A stretch of DNA of 60,536 nucleotides. Source: Chthoniobacterales bacterium (GTDB lineage Bacteria; Verrucomicrobiota; Verrucomicrobiia; Chthoniobacterales; UBA10450). Made by a program: the position numbers and the translations under genes. The stretch's first letter is position 1. Each line of letters starts with the position of its first letter. Location: assembly GCA_036522675.1 (NCBI GenBank), contig DATDFJ010000128.1, positions 1-60,536 on the forward strand, written 5' to 3'. Shown here one piece after another: positions 45,531 through 53,544 of the stretch. Under the pieces are notes generated by a model. It did not search any database. It was not told the origin of the DNA and saw nothing but the letters and a program-made list of their open reading frames with translations.

Positions 45531-46706
45531 TTGTCGCTTCCTCTCGAGATCCGGGATCGAACCGCGACGAAGCGGGTCGTCGTCGGGCATGCAATTTACG
45601 CGTTCCACAGCGGCGGCATGGAGCGCGGACTCTTGAATCTTATCAACTACGGCGACTCCGAGCGTTTCCGCCACGTCATTTTGTGTCTCACCGACGCTGG
45701 AGAATACGCCGCGTTGCTTAACGCTCCCGATTGTCAGGTCGTCGAGCTGCGCAAGAAAAGCGGCAATGACTGGCACCTGCCCTGGCGCATCGCCGAAGCC
45801 GCACGGCGTCATCGCGTCGATATTATCCACGCGCGCGGCTGGCCGGCGCTCGTTGAAAGCGCCATCGGCGCTCGTCTCGCCGGTATTTCGAAGACGGTTT
45901 ACACATTTCACGGGAAAACCATCGATGATCTCAACGGCATCAGCTTAAAGCGCCGCTGGATGCAAAAAGCAGTAATCCGCTCCTATCAGAAAGTGATCAC
46001 CCTCAACCGACAGATGCGCTCGGACCTCGCGGCCGAGTCTTCGATAGGGGAGAGCCGGATCGGCATCATCAATAACGGCGTCGATATCGAAAAATTCCGG
46101 CCGCGGTGCGATCGCGCCGCGCTGCGCCGAGATTTCGGACTTCCGAGCGATAAACTGATTATAGGCAATGTGGCGCGCCTGGATCCGGTGAAAAATCATG
46201 AGGTGATTCTGCGAGCTCTGCGCCGTCTCCTCGACCAACAACTAGACATTTTCTTTTTGCTCGTCGGAGATGGTCCGAACCGGGCGGTTTTGGAGCGGGA
46301 GATCGACAGGCTGGGAGTAGGCTCGCAGGTCCGATTGTTCGGACATACGAGCGCTATCCCTGAATTGTTGAACTGCATGGACGTCTACGTTCAGTCGTCG
46401 TTCTATGAGGGGTTCAGCAATACGGTCTTGGAGGCCATGGCATGCGGAGTGCCTGTGGTCGCGACGGATGTGGGCGGCACTAAGGACGTGTTCGAGGACT
46501 GCGCCTTTTTCGAACCTGTTGACGATCAAAGTTTGGCGGCACTGATCGCCCGGCTTGCGAAGGACGCGGCGTATCGGAGCGATCTCGGTACGAAGGCGCG
46601 GCGCCGCGCCGTTTCGCAGTTTCCGATCCAAGCGATGGTTACGAGCTACGAAGCGGTTTACTTGCAGTTGGCTGCGCGGTCCGGCGGGGATAACGCGCGC
46701 AATTAA
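45531..46706 (+). CDS. Glycosyltransferase family 4
   Basis: YEGFSNTVLEAMACGVPVVATDVGGTKDVFED. TTG start 4 nt after the upstream stop. Confidence 0.8.
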   Translation: MSLPLEIRDRTATKRVVVGHAIYAFHSGGMERGLLNLINYGDSERFRHVILCLTDAGEYAALLNAPDCQVVELRKKSGNDWHLPWRIAEAARRHRVDIIHARGWPALVESAIGARLAGISKTVYTFHGKTIDDLNGISLKRRWMQKAVIRSYQKVITLNRQMRSDLAAESSIGESRIGIINNGVDIEKFRPRCDRAALRRDFGLPSDKLIIGNVARLDPVKNHEVILRALRRLLDQQLDIFFLLVGDGPNRAVLEREIDRLGVGSQVRLFGHTSAIPELLNCMDVYVQSSFYEGFSNTVLEAMACGVPVVATDVGGTKDVFEDCAFFEPVDDQSLAALIARLAKDAAYRSDLGTKARRRAVSQFPIQAMVTSYEAVYLQLAARSGGDNARN

Positions 46707-46718
46707 AAGCGAGGGATT

Positions 46719-48068
46719 ATGAGAATATTAGTCCTGTCAATTTTGTACTATGGATGCGCTTTCGTCGGTTTGGTAAACCCGTTTTTCGGCCTGCTGTTTT
46801 TAATTCATATAATTATTTTTAGACCGGAGAGCTTGGTGTGGGGTGGCGCGTACTTTGGCCGACTCCATTTAATCACCGCGGTCCTGGTCATTATCGGGTG
46901 CTTCCTCCATAAGCGAGATCTGGCGAAAAACGCCGCGTATCCGCACCAGAAACGCAATATTGCATTATTTCTGATATTTATTCTCTGGCTCGGCATCGTA
47001 ACGGTGTTGGCCAACGTATCCGTCCAGATGAGCTTCGACAAAACGGTGGAGGTCATCAAAATATTCGCGATTTGTACGGTATTCACGGTGCTTGTCACGA
47101 CTGAAAAACGACTGGATCTCTATGTGTGGGTCAGCGTCATTTCCTTCGGTTTGGTGAGTTTCTGGGGTTTTCTCCAAGCGCTCGCCGGGAACCAACGCCT
47201 TGACGATTTATGGCCCGGGGGATCGAACTACGTGGGAGCGCAACTCGCGCTAATGACGCCGTTGGCGATCGCCAAGGCCATGGATAAAAATGTAAGACTG
47301 AATGTAAAGCTCCTGTTTTTGGCGTGCGCTGTGTCGATGGTTCTGTGCATTTTTGCGACCGAATCTCGAGGCGCCTTCCTCGGGCTTAGCGCGGCTTTAT
47401 TCACATTCGTTTTATTCACACGATATCGGGCCCGCGCCATAATCGTCATGGCGTTCATCGCTCTTTTATCTTATCCCTGGATACTTCAGCCTTCCGTCGA
47501 GCGCCTCTCGACGATTTTCAGCTCTGCAAAATACGAAGACCCGACTATAGAAGGCCGCGTCTTCTTGTGGAAGTTGGCGATCGAGATGTGGCAGGATAAT
47601 CCCATTGCGGGGATTGGATTGGACAATTTTTCTGACTACCGCAAAAACTATGAGGGCAGACTCGATCGGTTGATTCAATCGGACGAAACGCGGGAAATTG
47701 TTTTCGGAGGCAGGGCTCGATATCCACACGGTATGTATACGGGAGTTTTGGCCGAAACAGGTATAGTGGGGTTGGCGCTCTTGCTAATTGTGCTTTTCAG
47801 AAACCTCTGGCTTCCTTTCCCTAAATACTTTGTCCGGGACCCCGCCTATAGCAGCCTTTACTTGCAGGCGCGAGCAGCCCAGGCGGGTTTGTTGGGCTTT
47901 GCTATTGCCGCGATATTTGGAGATTTCCAATACTTGGAAATGTTTTATCTACAAATGTTCTTTATCGGCGCGGTTCGTGGATATGCGGAGGTACTTATTT
48001 CACAGGCACGACTGACCGATAACGTCCCACGACCCGAAATGGCGGTCGCTGCCCGAGCGACGATTTAG
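46719..48068 (+). CDS. O-antigen polymerase/ligase family membrane protein (Wzy/WaaL-like)
   Basis: 449 aa and polytopic. It has the Wzy_C-like region ATESRGAFLGLSAALFTFVLF and a large loop with HGMYTGVLAETGIVG. GAGGGA lies upstream of the ATG. Confidence 0.75.
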   Translation: MRILVLSILYYGCAFVGLVNPFFGLLFLIHIIIFRPESLVWGGAYFGRLHLITAVLVIIGCFLHKRDLAKNAAYPHQKRNIALFLIFILWLGIVTVLANVSVQMSFDKTVEVIKIFAICTVFTVLVTTEKRLDLYVWVSVISFGLVSFWGFLQALAGNQRLDDLWPGGSNYVGAQLALMTPLAIAKAMDKNVRLNVKLLFLACAVSMVLCIFATESRGAFLGLSAALFTFVLFTRYRARAIIVMAFIALLSYPWILQPSVERLSTIFSSAKYEDPTIEGRVFLWKLAIEMWQDNPIAGIGLDNFSDYRKNYEGRLDRLIQSDETREIVFGGRARYPHGMYTGVLAETGIVGLALLLIVLFRNLWLPFPKYFVRDPAYSSLYLQARAAQAGLLGFAIAAIFGDFQYLEMFYLQMFFIGAVRGYAEVLISQARLTDNVPRPEMAVAARATI

Positions 48069-48105
48069 AAAGCCTCGTTCCACTCGAATAAGCACAGGGA
48101 TCCTA

Positions 48106-49302
48106 TTACGGCGTCACTGACAGCGACGCCGGCGGGGTCGGAGGTGTACTGGCGACAGTGCCGCCAGGAGGGCCTATATACGCTTTAGAGACGATCAGGT
48201 TGTCGATAACCTGTTGACCATTCCATACGGTGGGGTCGAGACCGTTGTGATACGCATCGATATTGATTGCGCCAATCCCGGTACAATCACCAAGCCCATT
48301 GCCGCACGTAATTAAATCACTCGCCGAGTATACTTTGCTGCCGTTTACCCAAACCTCAACGATGCCGTCGTTTTTTCCCGCAACGCTCGACAATTTATAA
48401 CGGTATTCAAGCGTATACCACCGGTCGGTATTCAAGCGAAAGATTTTGCCTAAAATGGGAGAATCTCCGGGATTCCTCAAGATCAAAGACTGATAAGGCC
48501 CATACTCATTGTGCTGCGGCTTCACGGTGCAGACAGTGCACATAGGAAACCAGGGATAATTATCGCTCGTGTCGCCATAGCGAACCACTAACGCGTCCGA
48601 AAAGCGGGCCACGGAAAGGGAATCAAACACGCCACACTCGGTCGTGAAGCCGGACGAATAGGCTGAGTTGGTCGGATTGTCGACACCCTCGGGAGGGAAT
48701 GCATAAAAAATCTTGTTATCGTAGCACTGCCCGCTTGAGCCGTAGCCATATTTATCGATTTTGGGGTCACCGGGCCACGTGTAATTGGGCGTGACGTAGT
48801 ACTGCATGCGGATGTAAATATCTTTCGCCGGAGGGCTGCCGTTCGCATAATTGCCACCTGGCTCCCGCAGCTTTCCCCACGTCGAGCCGTTCCCTACCGC
48901 GCCCTTGGTCGAATCCCAGTTCGCGACCCAAACATAATCCGGTTGCGTGCCGCTCGGCATCGCGCCGGAGGGCTTACTTGGATACGACGACGCAGGATTG
49001 ATCTGTCTGCCCTGGAGACCATAAATGAAACCGAATAGACCGGTCGTCAAACCAGGATTGATCCAATTTGAATTGTTGCGGTCAACGACTCCGCTGTAGA
49101 TTAAATTCCCGGGATAGTTGAAATCTTCACAAAAAATGATGTTGGGGTCGGTGTTGCAAATGGACTCGGCGTAGGGTTGCCCAACGCGTGCGGGCGCAGC
49201 GGCGTGCGCCGGCAATTCCGTTCCCAAAAACGCGACCATCGCCAAAAGAGAGAGCGCTACCGCGCGGCTGCGCTTCCGAGTGCCGATTTGAATGCCGTTC
49301 AT
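48106..49302 (-). CDS. Secreted protein, possibly a beta-jelly-roll (ConA-like) polysaccharide lyase/hydrolase
   Basis: I moved the start to the ATG at 49302 (MNGIQIGTRKRSRAVALSLLAMVAFLGTELPAHAAAP is a signal peptide, with GAGGGGG upstream). The C-terminal WYTLEYRYKLSS...NDGIVEVWVNGSKVY resembles PL/GH jelly-roll families. The function is tentative. Confidence 0.6.
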   Translation of the reverse strand: MNGIQIGTRKRSRAVALSLLAMVAFLGTELPAHAAAPARVGQPYAESICNTDPNIIFCEDFNYPGNLIYSGVVDRNNSNWINPGLTTGLFGFIYGLQGRQINPASSYPSKPSGAMPSGTQPDYVWVANWDSTKGAVGNGSTWGKLREPGGNYANGSPPAKDIYIRMQYYVTPNYTWPGDPKIDKYGYGSSGQCYDNKIFYAFPPEGVDNPTNSAYSSGFTTECGVFDSLSVARFSDALVVRYGDTSDNYPWFPMCTVCTVKPQHNEYGPYQSLILRNPGDSPILGKIFRLNTDRWYTLEYRYKLSSVAGKNDGIVEVWVNGSKVYSASDLITCGNGLGDCTGIGAINIDAYHNGLDPTVWNGQQVIDNLIVSKAYIGPPGGTVASTPPTPPASLSVTP

Positions 49303-49340
49303 TAATGAATTCCCCCTCGAGTTACTGTAGCTGTCGCGTT

Positions 49341-51191
49341 CTACCATCTGCCGACGACAGGCCGGTCGCCTTGCATACCGAACTTCGCGCACAGGTCGAC
49401 AGCGCAGCCCTCCCATATGCCGTTGCCGTTCAGATCTAGCAGCCAGTCGCCCGTGCTGGGCCGAAAGACGCCGATCTTATCGATACCGCTGCCGTCCCAA
49501 TCTCCGACGACAGGGATGTCACCGAACTGACCAAAGGAGGCGACACAAACATCTCCGGAACAACGTTTCCCGGCTTTTTTATCTCCATTGGCATCGAGAA
49601 TCCATTGACCCGTCGTCGGACGAAACACTCCGATCTTGGTGGTGCCGCTTCCCGTCCAGTCGCCGACCACAGGAAGGTCCGTGCTGAGACCGAAGCTCTT
49701 CTTGCACAGGTCGCCTGCTTTGCAGCTGTCCAGAGTGCCATTGCCGTTGAGATCAAAATACCAAGTGTGCGAGCTCGGCCGAAAGATTCCTACGCGAACC
49801 TGCCCGGTGCCGGTCCAATCGCCGACAACCGGCTTGTCCCCCGGCATCCCGAAGACGAAGGCGCACGTGCTGAGTTCGCAGCCGTCAAAAGTCCAGTTGC
49901 CGTTGACATCGACATACCATGTCGCTGTGCTGGGATCGAATAATCCCGGAAAATCCGACTGACCGCCGTTCCAGGGGCCGACGATGGGCAGGTCGTTCTG
50001 GTCTCCCATGTTGGTGAGACAAGTATCGACATTGCAGCCGTCCCACGCGCCGTTGCCGTTCGCGTCAAAGTACCATTGTCCGGTGCTCGGGCGGAAGACG
50101 CCTATGGATGCCGCCGTATTCGAAGTAAAGTTTGCCGTCACCGACACATTCGCGCCGAGCGTCACGGTGCAACCCCCCAAGCCGCTGCAGCCGCCGCCGC
50201 TCCAGCCCAAAAAGGCCGCGCCGGGCGCGGGCTGAGGCGATAATGTTACAGTCGTTCCGGTGGCATAAGTCGTAGAACATGTCGACCCACAGTCGATGCC
50301 GGTCGGGCTGCTGAGTATTTTGCCGTTGCCGTTCTTGTTCACGACGAGGTCGGCGCCTTGTGGCGAGAAAGTTGCCGTCACAGACTTGCTGCTCGTCATG
50401 GATACCGTGCATGATCCTCTTCCGTTGCATGCGCCGCTCCAGCCGGTGAACGTCGAACCGGTCGCCGCCGTCGCCGTTAAATTGACCGACGTGCCGCTCG
50501 AATAGGTCTCCGAACAATCGGCGCCGCACGAAATACCTGCGGGCGAGCTCGACACCGAGCCGTTGCCGGTTCCTGAGCTCGTTATATTTTTTACGAGATT
50601 CACCGAGAGCGTAAAGGTTTGAAGCTGAAAGGTCGCTGTACAGGAGGTATTCGCGTTAAGCGTGACGGTTCCATCGCTGCAATCGGCCGCACCGGTCCAG
50701 CCCGTGAAAGTCGAGCCGCTGGCGGCCGCGGCCGTGAGCGTCACGACCGCTCCCGCGGTGAAACTTGCCGTACAGGTGGCGCCGCAATTCAGGCCGGTCG
50801 GCGACGTAGTCACTGTGCCGCTGCCGGTTCCCGACTTCGTTACAGACAGACTGACCGTTCCGGGCGCTGACTGAGCTGTCCCGCAAGCCGCATTCGAGTA
50901 CGGCGAGTCGCCCGCGACGTTGTATGCGCGGATGCGGTAACAATATTGTGTTCCAACGACAACGCTTGTATCCGCATAAGTCGTGATATTCGCGCCGACC
51001 GTGGCCAGCTGAGAAAAAGTTCCACCACTGCCGATCGATCTTTCAACCTTGAAACCGTCTTCGTTTGTGGAGTTGTCCGCCCAGTTGAGTTGTAATTGCG
51101 CTGCGAGTGCGGCACGCGAATCGATGCCGCTTAGGATCAACAGCATTGCTACGACGAAGGCAAGCAAGGTTATTGGTTTTTTTAGGTTCAT
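49341..51191 (-). CDS. Secreted repeat protein: signal peptide, FN3 domain, three InlB-B-repeat-like modules and five FG-GAP/VCBS-like repeats with paired Cys
   Basis: MNLKKPITLLAFVVAMLLILSG signal peptide. FN3-like aa 31-105 (LNWADNSTNEDGFKVERS...YCYRIRAYN). The B-repeats are at aa 111-355. Five units of G(V/I)FRPxTGxWxxDxNGNGxxDxCxxDxCxxFGxxxDxPVVGDW follow. Confidence 0.85.
   Translation of the reverse strand: MNLKKPITLLAFVVAMLLILSGIDSRAALAAQLQLNWADNSTNEDGFKVERSIGSGGTFSQLATVGANITTYADTSVVVGTQYCYRIRAYNVAGDSPYSNAACGTAQSAPGTVSLSVTKSGTGSGTVTTSPTGLNCGATCTASFTAGAVVTLTAAAASGSTFTGWTGAADCSDGTVTLNANTSCTATFQLQTFTLSVNLVKNITSSGTGNGSVSSSPAGISCGADCSETYSSGTSVNLTATAATGSTFTGWSGACNGRGSCTVSMTSSKSVTATFSPQGADLVVNKNGNGKILSSPTGIDCGSTCSTTYATGTTVTLSPQPAPGAAFLGWSGGGCSGLGGCTVTLGANVSVTANFTSNTAASIGVFRPSTGQWYFDANGNGAWDGCNVDTCLTNMGDQNDLPIVGPWNGGQSDFPGLFDPSTATWYVDVNGNWTFDGCELSTCAFVFGMPGDKPVVGDWTGTGQVRVGIFRPSSHTWYFDLNGNGTLDSCKAGDLCKKSFGLSTDLPVVGDWTGSGTTKIGVFRPTTGQWILDANGDKKAGKRCSGDVCVASFGQFGDIPVVGDWDGSGIDKIGVFRPSTGDWLLDLNGNGIWEGCAVDLCAKFGMQGDRPVVGRW
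49344..50105 (-). repeat. Five tandem ~52-aa FG-GAP/VCBS-like coding repeats
   Basis: The units start at aa 363, 416, 468, 520 and 573. Each carries two Cys spaced 4-5 residues apart and ends in PVVGDW or a close variant. Confidence 0.75.
50127..50861 (-). repeat. Three InlB-B-repeat-like coding modules
   Basis: They show the same GxGxGxVxSxPxGIxCGxxC...VxLTAxxxxGSTFTGWSG...C motif as the modules at 13960-14691. Confidence 0.75.
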
Positions 51192-51193
51192 AC

Positions 51194-51243
51194 TACCTCT
51201 AAGTTTTCTCGAAAGGGCGATCGCGCACCTGCTGTTAGAGGTA
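51194..51243 (-). promoter_or_regulatory. Leader hairpin that sequesters the Shine-Dalgarno sequence of the 51191 gene
   Basis: The minus-strand RNA is UACCUCUAA (51243-51235), then a 31-nt loop, then UUAGAGGUA (51202-51194), followed by GU and AUG. The arms form 9 perfect base pairs that cover the GAGG SD. Confidence 0.5.
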
Positions 51244-51357
51244 GCCGAGTTCGCCCGGCGGTCCTGCTGCCATATCTCGCGAGAGACTTAGGCCAGAAAC
51301 TTTGCGTCCCATCCTTTCGGATGGTTTGCCTTTATCGGGTAACCAATGGGTGAACTA

Positions 51358-51373
51358 AGCAACGACAGTGCCA
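51358..51373 (-). promoter_or_regulatory. Sigma-54 (RpoN) -24/-12 promoter
   Basis: The minus strand reads TGGCACTGTCGTTGCT, that is TGGCAC-N5-TTGC, an exact match to the GG/GC core and spacing. It lies about 165 nt upstream of the ATG at 51191 in an AT-rich intergenic region. A sigma-54 activator is encoded at 56288-57844. Confidence 0.7.
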
Positions 51374-51561
51374 ACGTTAATTCCGCAATATAAGAGGAAA
51401 TGCTACTTGCAAAACAACGTGAATTGACAAGATTTGTTATTTTGAAGTGGCAGCAACACGTCAAGTGAAATTTGTAATGACATGTAGGTAAAAGCAGTCA
51501 GTTCCTGATAATGTCCTACAATCTTTATGAAAAAAACGTATTTCTTGGAAGGAGACAAAAA

Positions 51562-51789
51562 ATGTTCGTTGCGACTATTGTGGCCTGTTCGGTTATAATA
51601 GGTGGGACTTGTGCGTTGCAGGTCCTGACCCTTTCGGATTCAACAAGGGTTGTTGTCCTCGGACTGGTTCTTCTTGTCATTGCCGCTTGGACGCATCGGT
51701 TTTTTAAGCGGGAAGGCCGCTCGGAAGGCAGTACTGTAGAAGTTGTCCCAAAAAAAAAGCCGAGGGCGACGAATGACCATCTGCAATAG
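51562..51789 (+). CDS. Small hypothetical membrane protein (75 aa, two hydrophobic segments)
   Basis: GGAAGGAG lies 7 nt upstream of the ATG at 51562. The sequence is MFVATIVACSVIIGGTCALQVL...VVVLGLVLLVIAAW. The 3-prime end overlaps the PPTase start by 17 nt. No family was recognised. Confidence 0.35.
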   Translation: MFVATIVACSVIIGGTCALQVLTLSDSTRVVVLGLVLLVIAAWTHRFFKREGRSEGSTVEVVPKKKPRATNDHLQ

Positions 51790-52516
51790 TGAATGGCGCC
51801 TGCCGCCAGAAGGTATTTCAGTCACGGCGGGCGAGTTGCATATCTGGCGCGCGTTCCTGAACGACGCCAAATCGCGCCTAAAAGAGCTAAGTCGATTTCT
51901 CTCATACGACGAACGGGAACGCGCCGGGCGCTTTCGATTCGCGCGCGACCGGGAGCATTTCATCGTGAGTCGCGCGATATTGCGCATTCTGCTCCATCGT
52001 TATGTGGGGACGCCCGCGGGCGACATTCAGTTCGGCTACGGCGCTAATGGGAAACCCTATTTTGCCGACGAGACGCATCGCTGGCTGCGCTTTAATCTCT
52101 CGCATTCACACGGAGTCGCGCTCTATGCGATCAGCGCCGAGCGCGAGATCGGGATCGATGTCGAGTATGTTGGGGGAATGCCGGACGTGGATGTAGAAAA
52201 TATTTTTTCTGCAAGCGAGATCGCTGCGCTGAAAGCACTGCCGGAAAGCGTTCGCCCGCGAGCCTTTTTTGCATGCTGGACGCGCAAAGAGGCTTACATC
52301 AAAGCGCGTGGGGGCGGGCTGTCGATTCCTCTGAAGAGTTTCAGCGTCTCATTATCTCCAGGGGAGCCCGCTGCCCTGTTGGATGCTTCTCCGCCCGAGT
52401 TTTCCCGATGGTCGCTGCGGGAGATTGCGGTCGATCCGCGCTACGCGGCAGCCGTCGCGGTGGAGGGCTCTCCCTCGCGTATCAGATATTGGGAAGTGCG
52501 AGAGAGCGATTTTTAG
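51773..52516 (+). CDS. 4-prime-phosphopantetheinyl transferase, Sfp type
   Basis: ERERAGRFRFARDREHFIVSRAILR...NGKPYF...FNLSHSHGVALYA...IGIDVE...FFACWTRKEAYIKARG are the canonical Sfp-type PPTase blocks. Confidence 0.85.
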   Translation: MTICNSEWRLPPEGISVTAGELHIWRAFLNDAKSRLKELSRFLSYDERERAGRFRFARDREHFIVSRAILRILLHRYVGTPAGDIQFGYGANGKPYFADETHRWLRFNLSHSHGVALYAISAEREIGIDVEYVGGMPDVDVENIFSASEIAALKALPESVRPRAFFACWTRKEAYIKARGGGLSIPLKSFSVSLSPGEPAALLDASPPEFSRWSLREIAVDPRYAAAVAVEGSPSRIRYWEVRESDF

Positions 52517-52564
52517 GAACCCAGGTAAGCTAACAACATTGTCCTCAAATCCATAGGAGGCTTC

Positions 52565-53518
52565 ATGTATCTTGTTACAGGCGGCGGCGGCTTTATCGGA
52601 TCACATATCGTCGAAAAGCTCGTCGGCATGGGTGAGAAGGTTCGCGTCTTCGACAACTTTAGCTTCGGCAAAGCCGACAACCTCAAGCAAGTCGAAGGAC
52701 AAGTGGAGATTATCTCCGGCGATCTTCTCGACGCGGCGGCGCTCGGTCAGGCGATGAGCGGCGTGCGCGTCGTTTTTCATCAAGCGGCTCTGCGGTCGGT
52801 GCCTTTCTCCGTTGAAAATCCGACGCTGGTCAACCGCGTCAATGTCGAAGGTACGCTGAATGTTTTCGTAGCTGCGCGCGATGCCGGAGTGAAGCGCGTG
52901 GTATATGCGTCTTCCTCATCGGTGTACGGCAAATCGCCGACGCTGCCGAAAAGAGAGCAGGACGTGCCGGCGCCGATCTCACCGTACGCCGCTTCGAAAG
53001 CCGCGGGTGAATATTACGGGAAAGTTTTTACCGAGCTGTACAGTTTGGAAACCATCGGACTTCGGTACTTCAATGTCTATGGACCGCGGCAGGATCCGAA
53101 TTCGCAATACGCCGCTGTGATTCCGCGGTTTATCAATTGGGCGTTTCAAGGGGAACCGCTTGAGATCCATGGCGACGGCCTGCAGTCTCGCGACTTCACG
53201 TACATCGACAATGTTGTTTCCGCCAATCTGCACGCGGCGGAAAGCCAATTGGGCGCTGGCGGAGTCTTCAACGTCGGCCAGGGGCGTGCGCACACACTCC
53301 TGGAGGTCGTCGACTTGCTCGAGGATATTATAGGGACGAAGCTCCAGTTGCTCCATATTGCCGGGAGAGCGGGCGATGTGCGGCACACGCAAGCCGACAT
53401 TTCCGAAGCGCAACGCTGCCTGGGCTACGCGCCCGAAATATCGTTCGAGGATGGGTTGTCCCGAACCGTCGCGTATCTTGGCAAGCAAATTGCGTGGTCT
53501 TTGCCGGCGCAAGTGTAG
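52565..53518 (+). CDS. NAD-dependent UDP-sugar 4-epimerase family SDR (WbpP/TviC-like)
   Basis: MYLVTGGGGFIGSHIV, SSSSVYG and YAASKAAGE (S/YxxxK). AGGAGG RBS. Confidence 0.8.
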   Translation: MYLVTGGGGFIGSHIVEKLVGMGEKVRVFDNFSFGKADNLKQVEGQVEIISGDLLDAAALGQAMSGVRVVFHQAALRSVPFSVENPTLVNRVNVEGTLNVFVAARDAGVKRVVYASSSSVYGKSPTLPKREQDVPAPISPYAASKAAGEYYGKVFTELYSLETIGLRYFNVYGPRQDPNSQYAAVIPRFINWAFQGEPLEIHGDGLQSRDFTYIDNVVSANLHAAESQLGAGGVFNVGQGRAHTLLEVVDLLEDIIGTKLQLLHIAGRAGDVRHTQADISEAQRCLGYAPEISFEDGLSRTVAYLGKQIAWSLPAQV

Positions 53519-53544
53519 AATTCCGTGAGAAAGGATACGAAAAA

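Noticed and set aside
51448-51462. TGGCAG on the plus strand in the AT-rich intergenic region, upstream of the PPTase operon.
   Set aside because: The position where the -12 TTGC should lie reads CGTC, so it is not a sigma-54 promoter.
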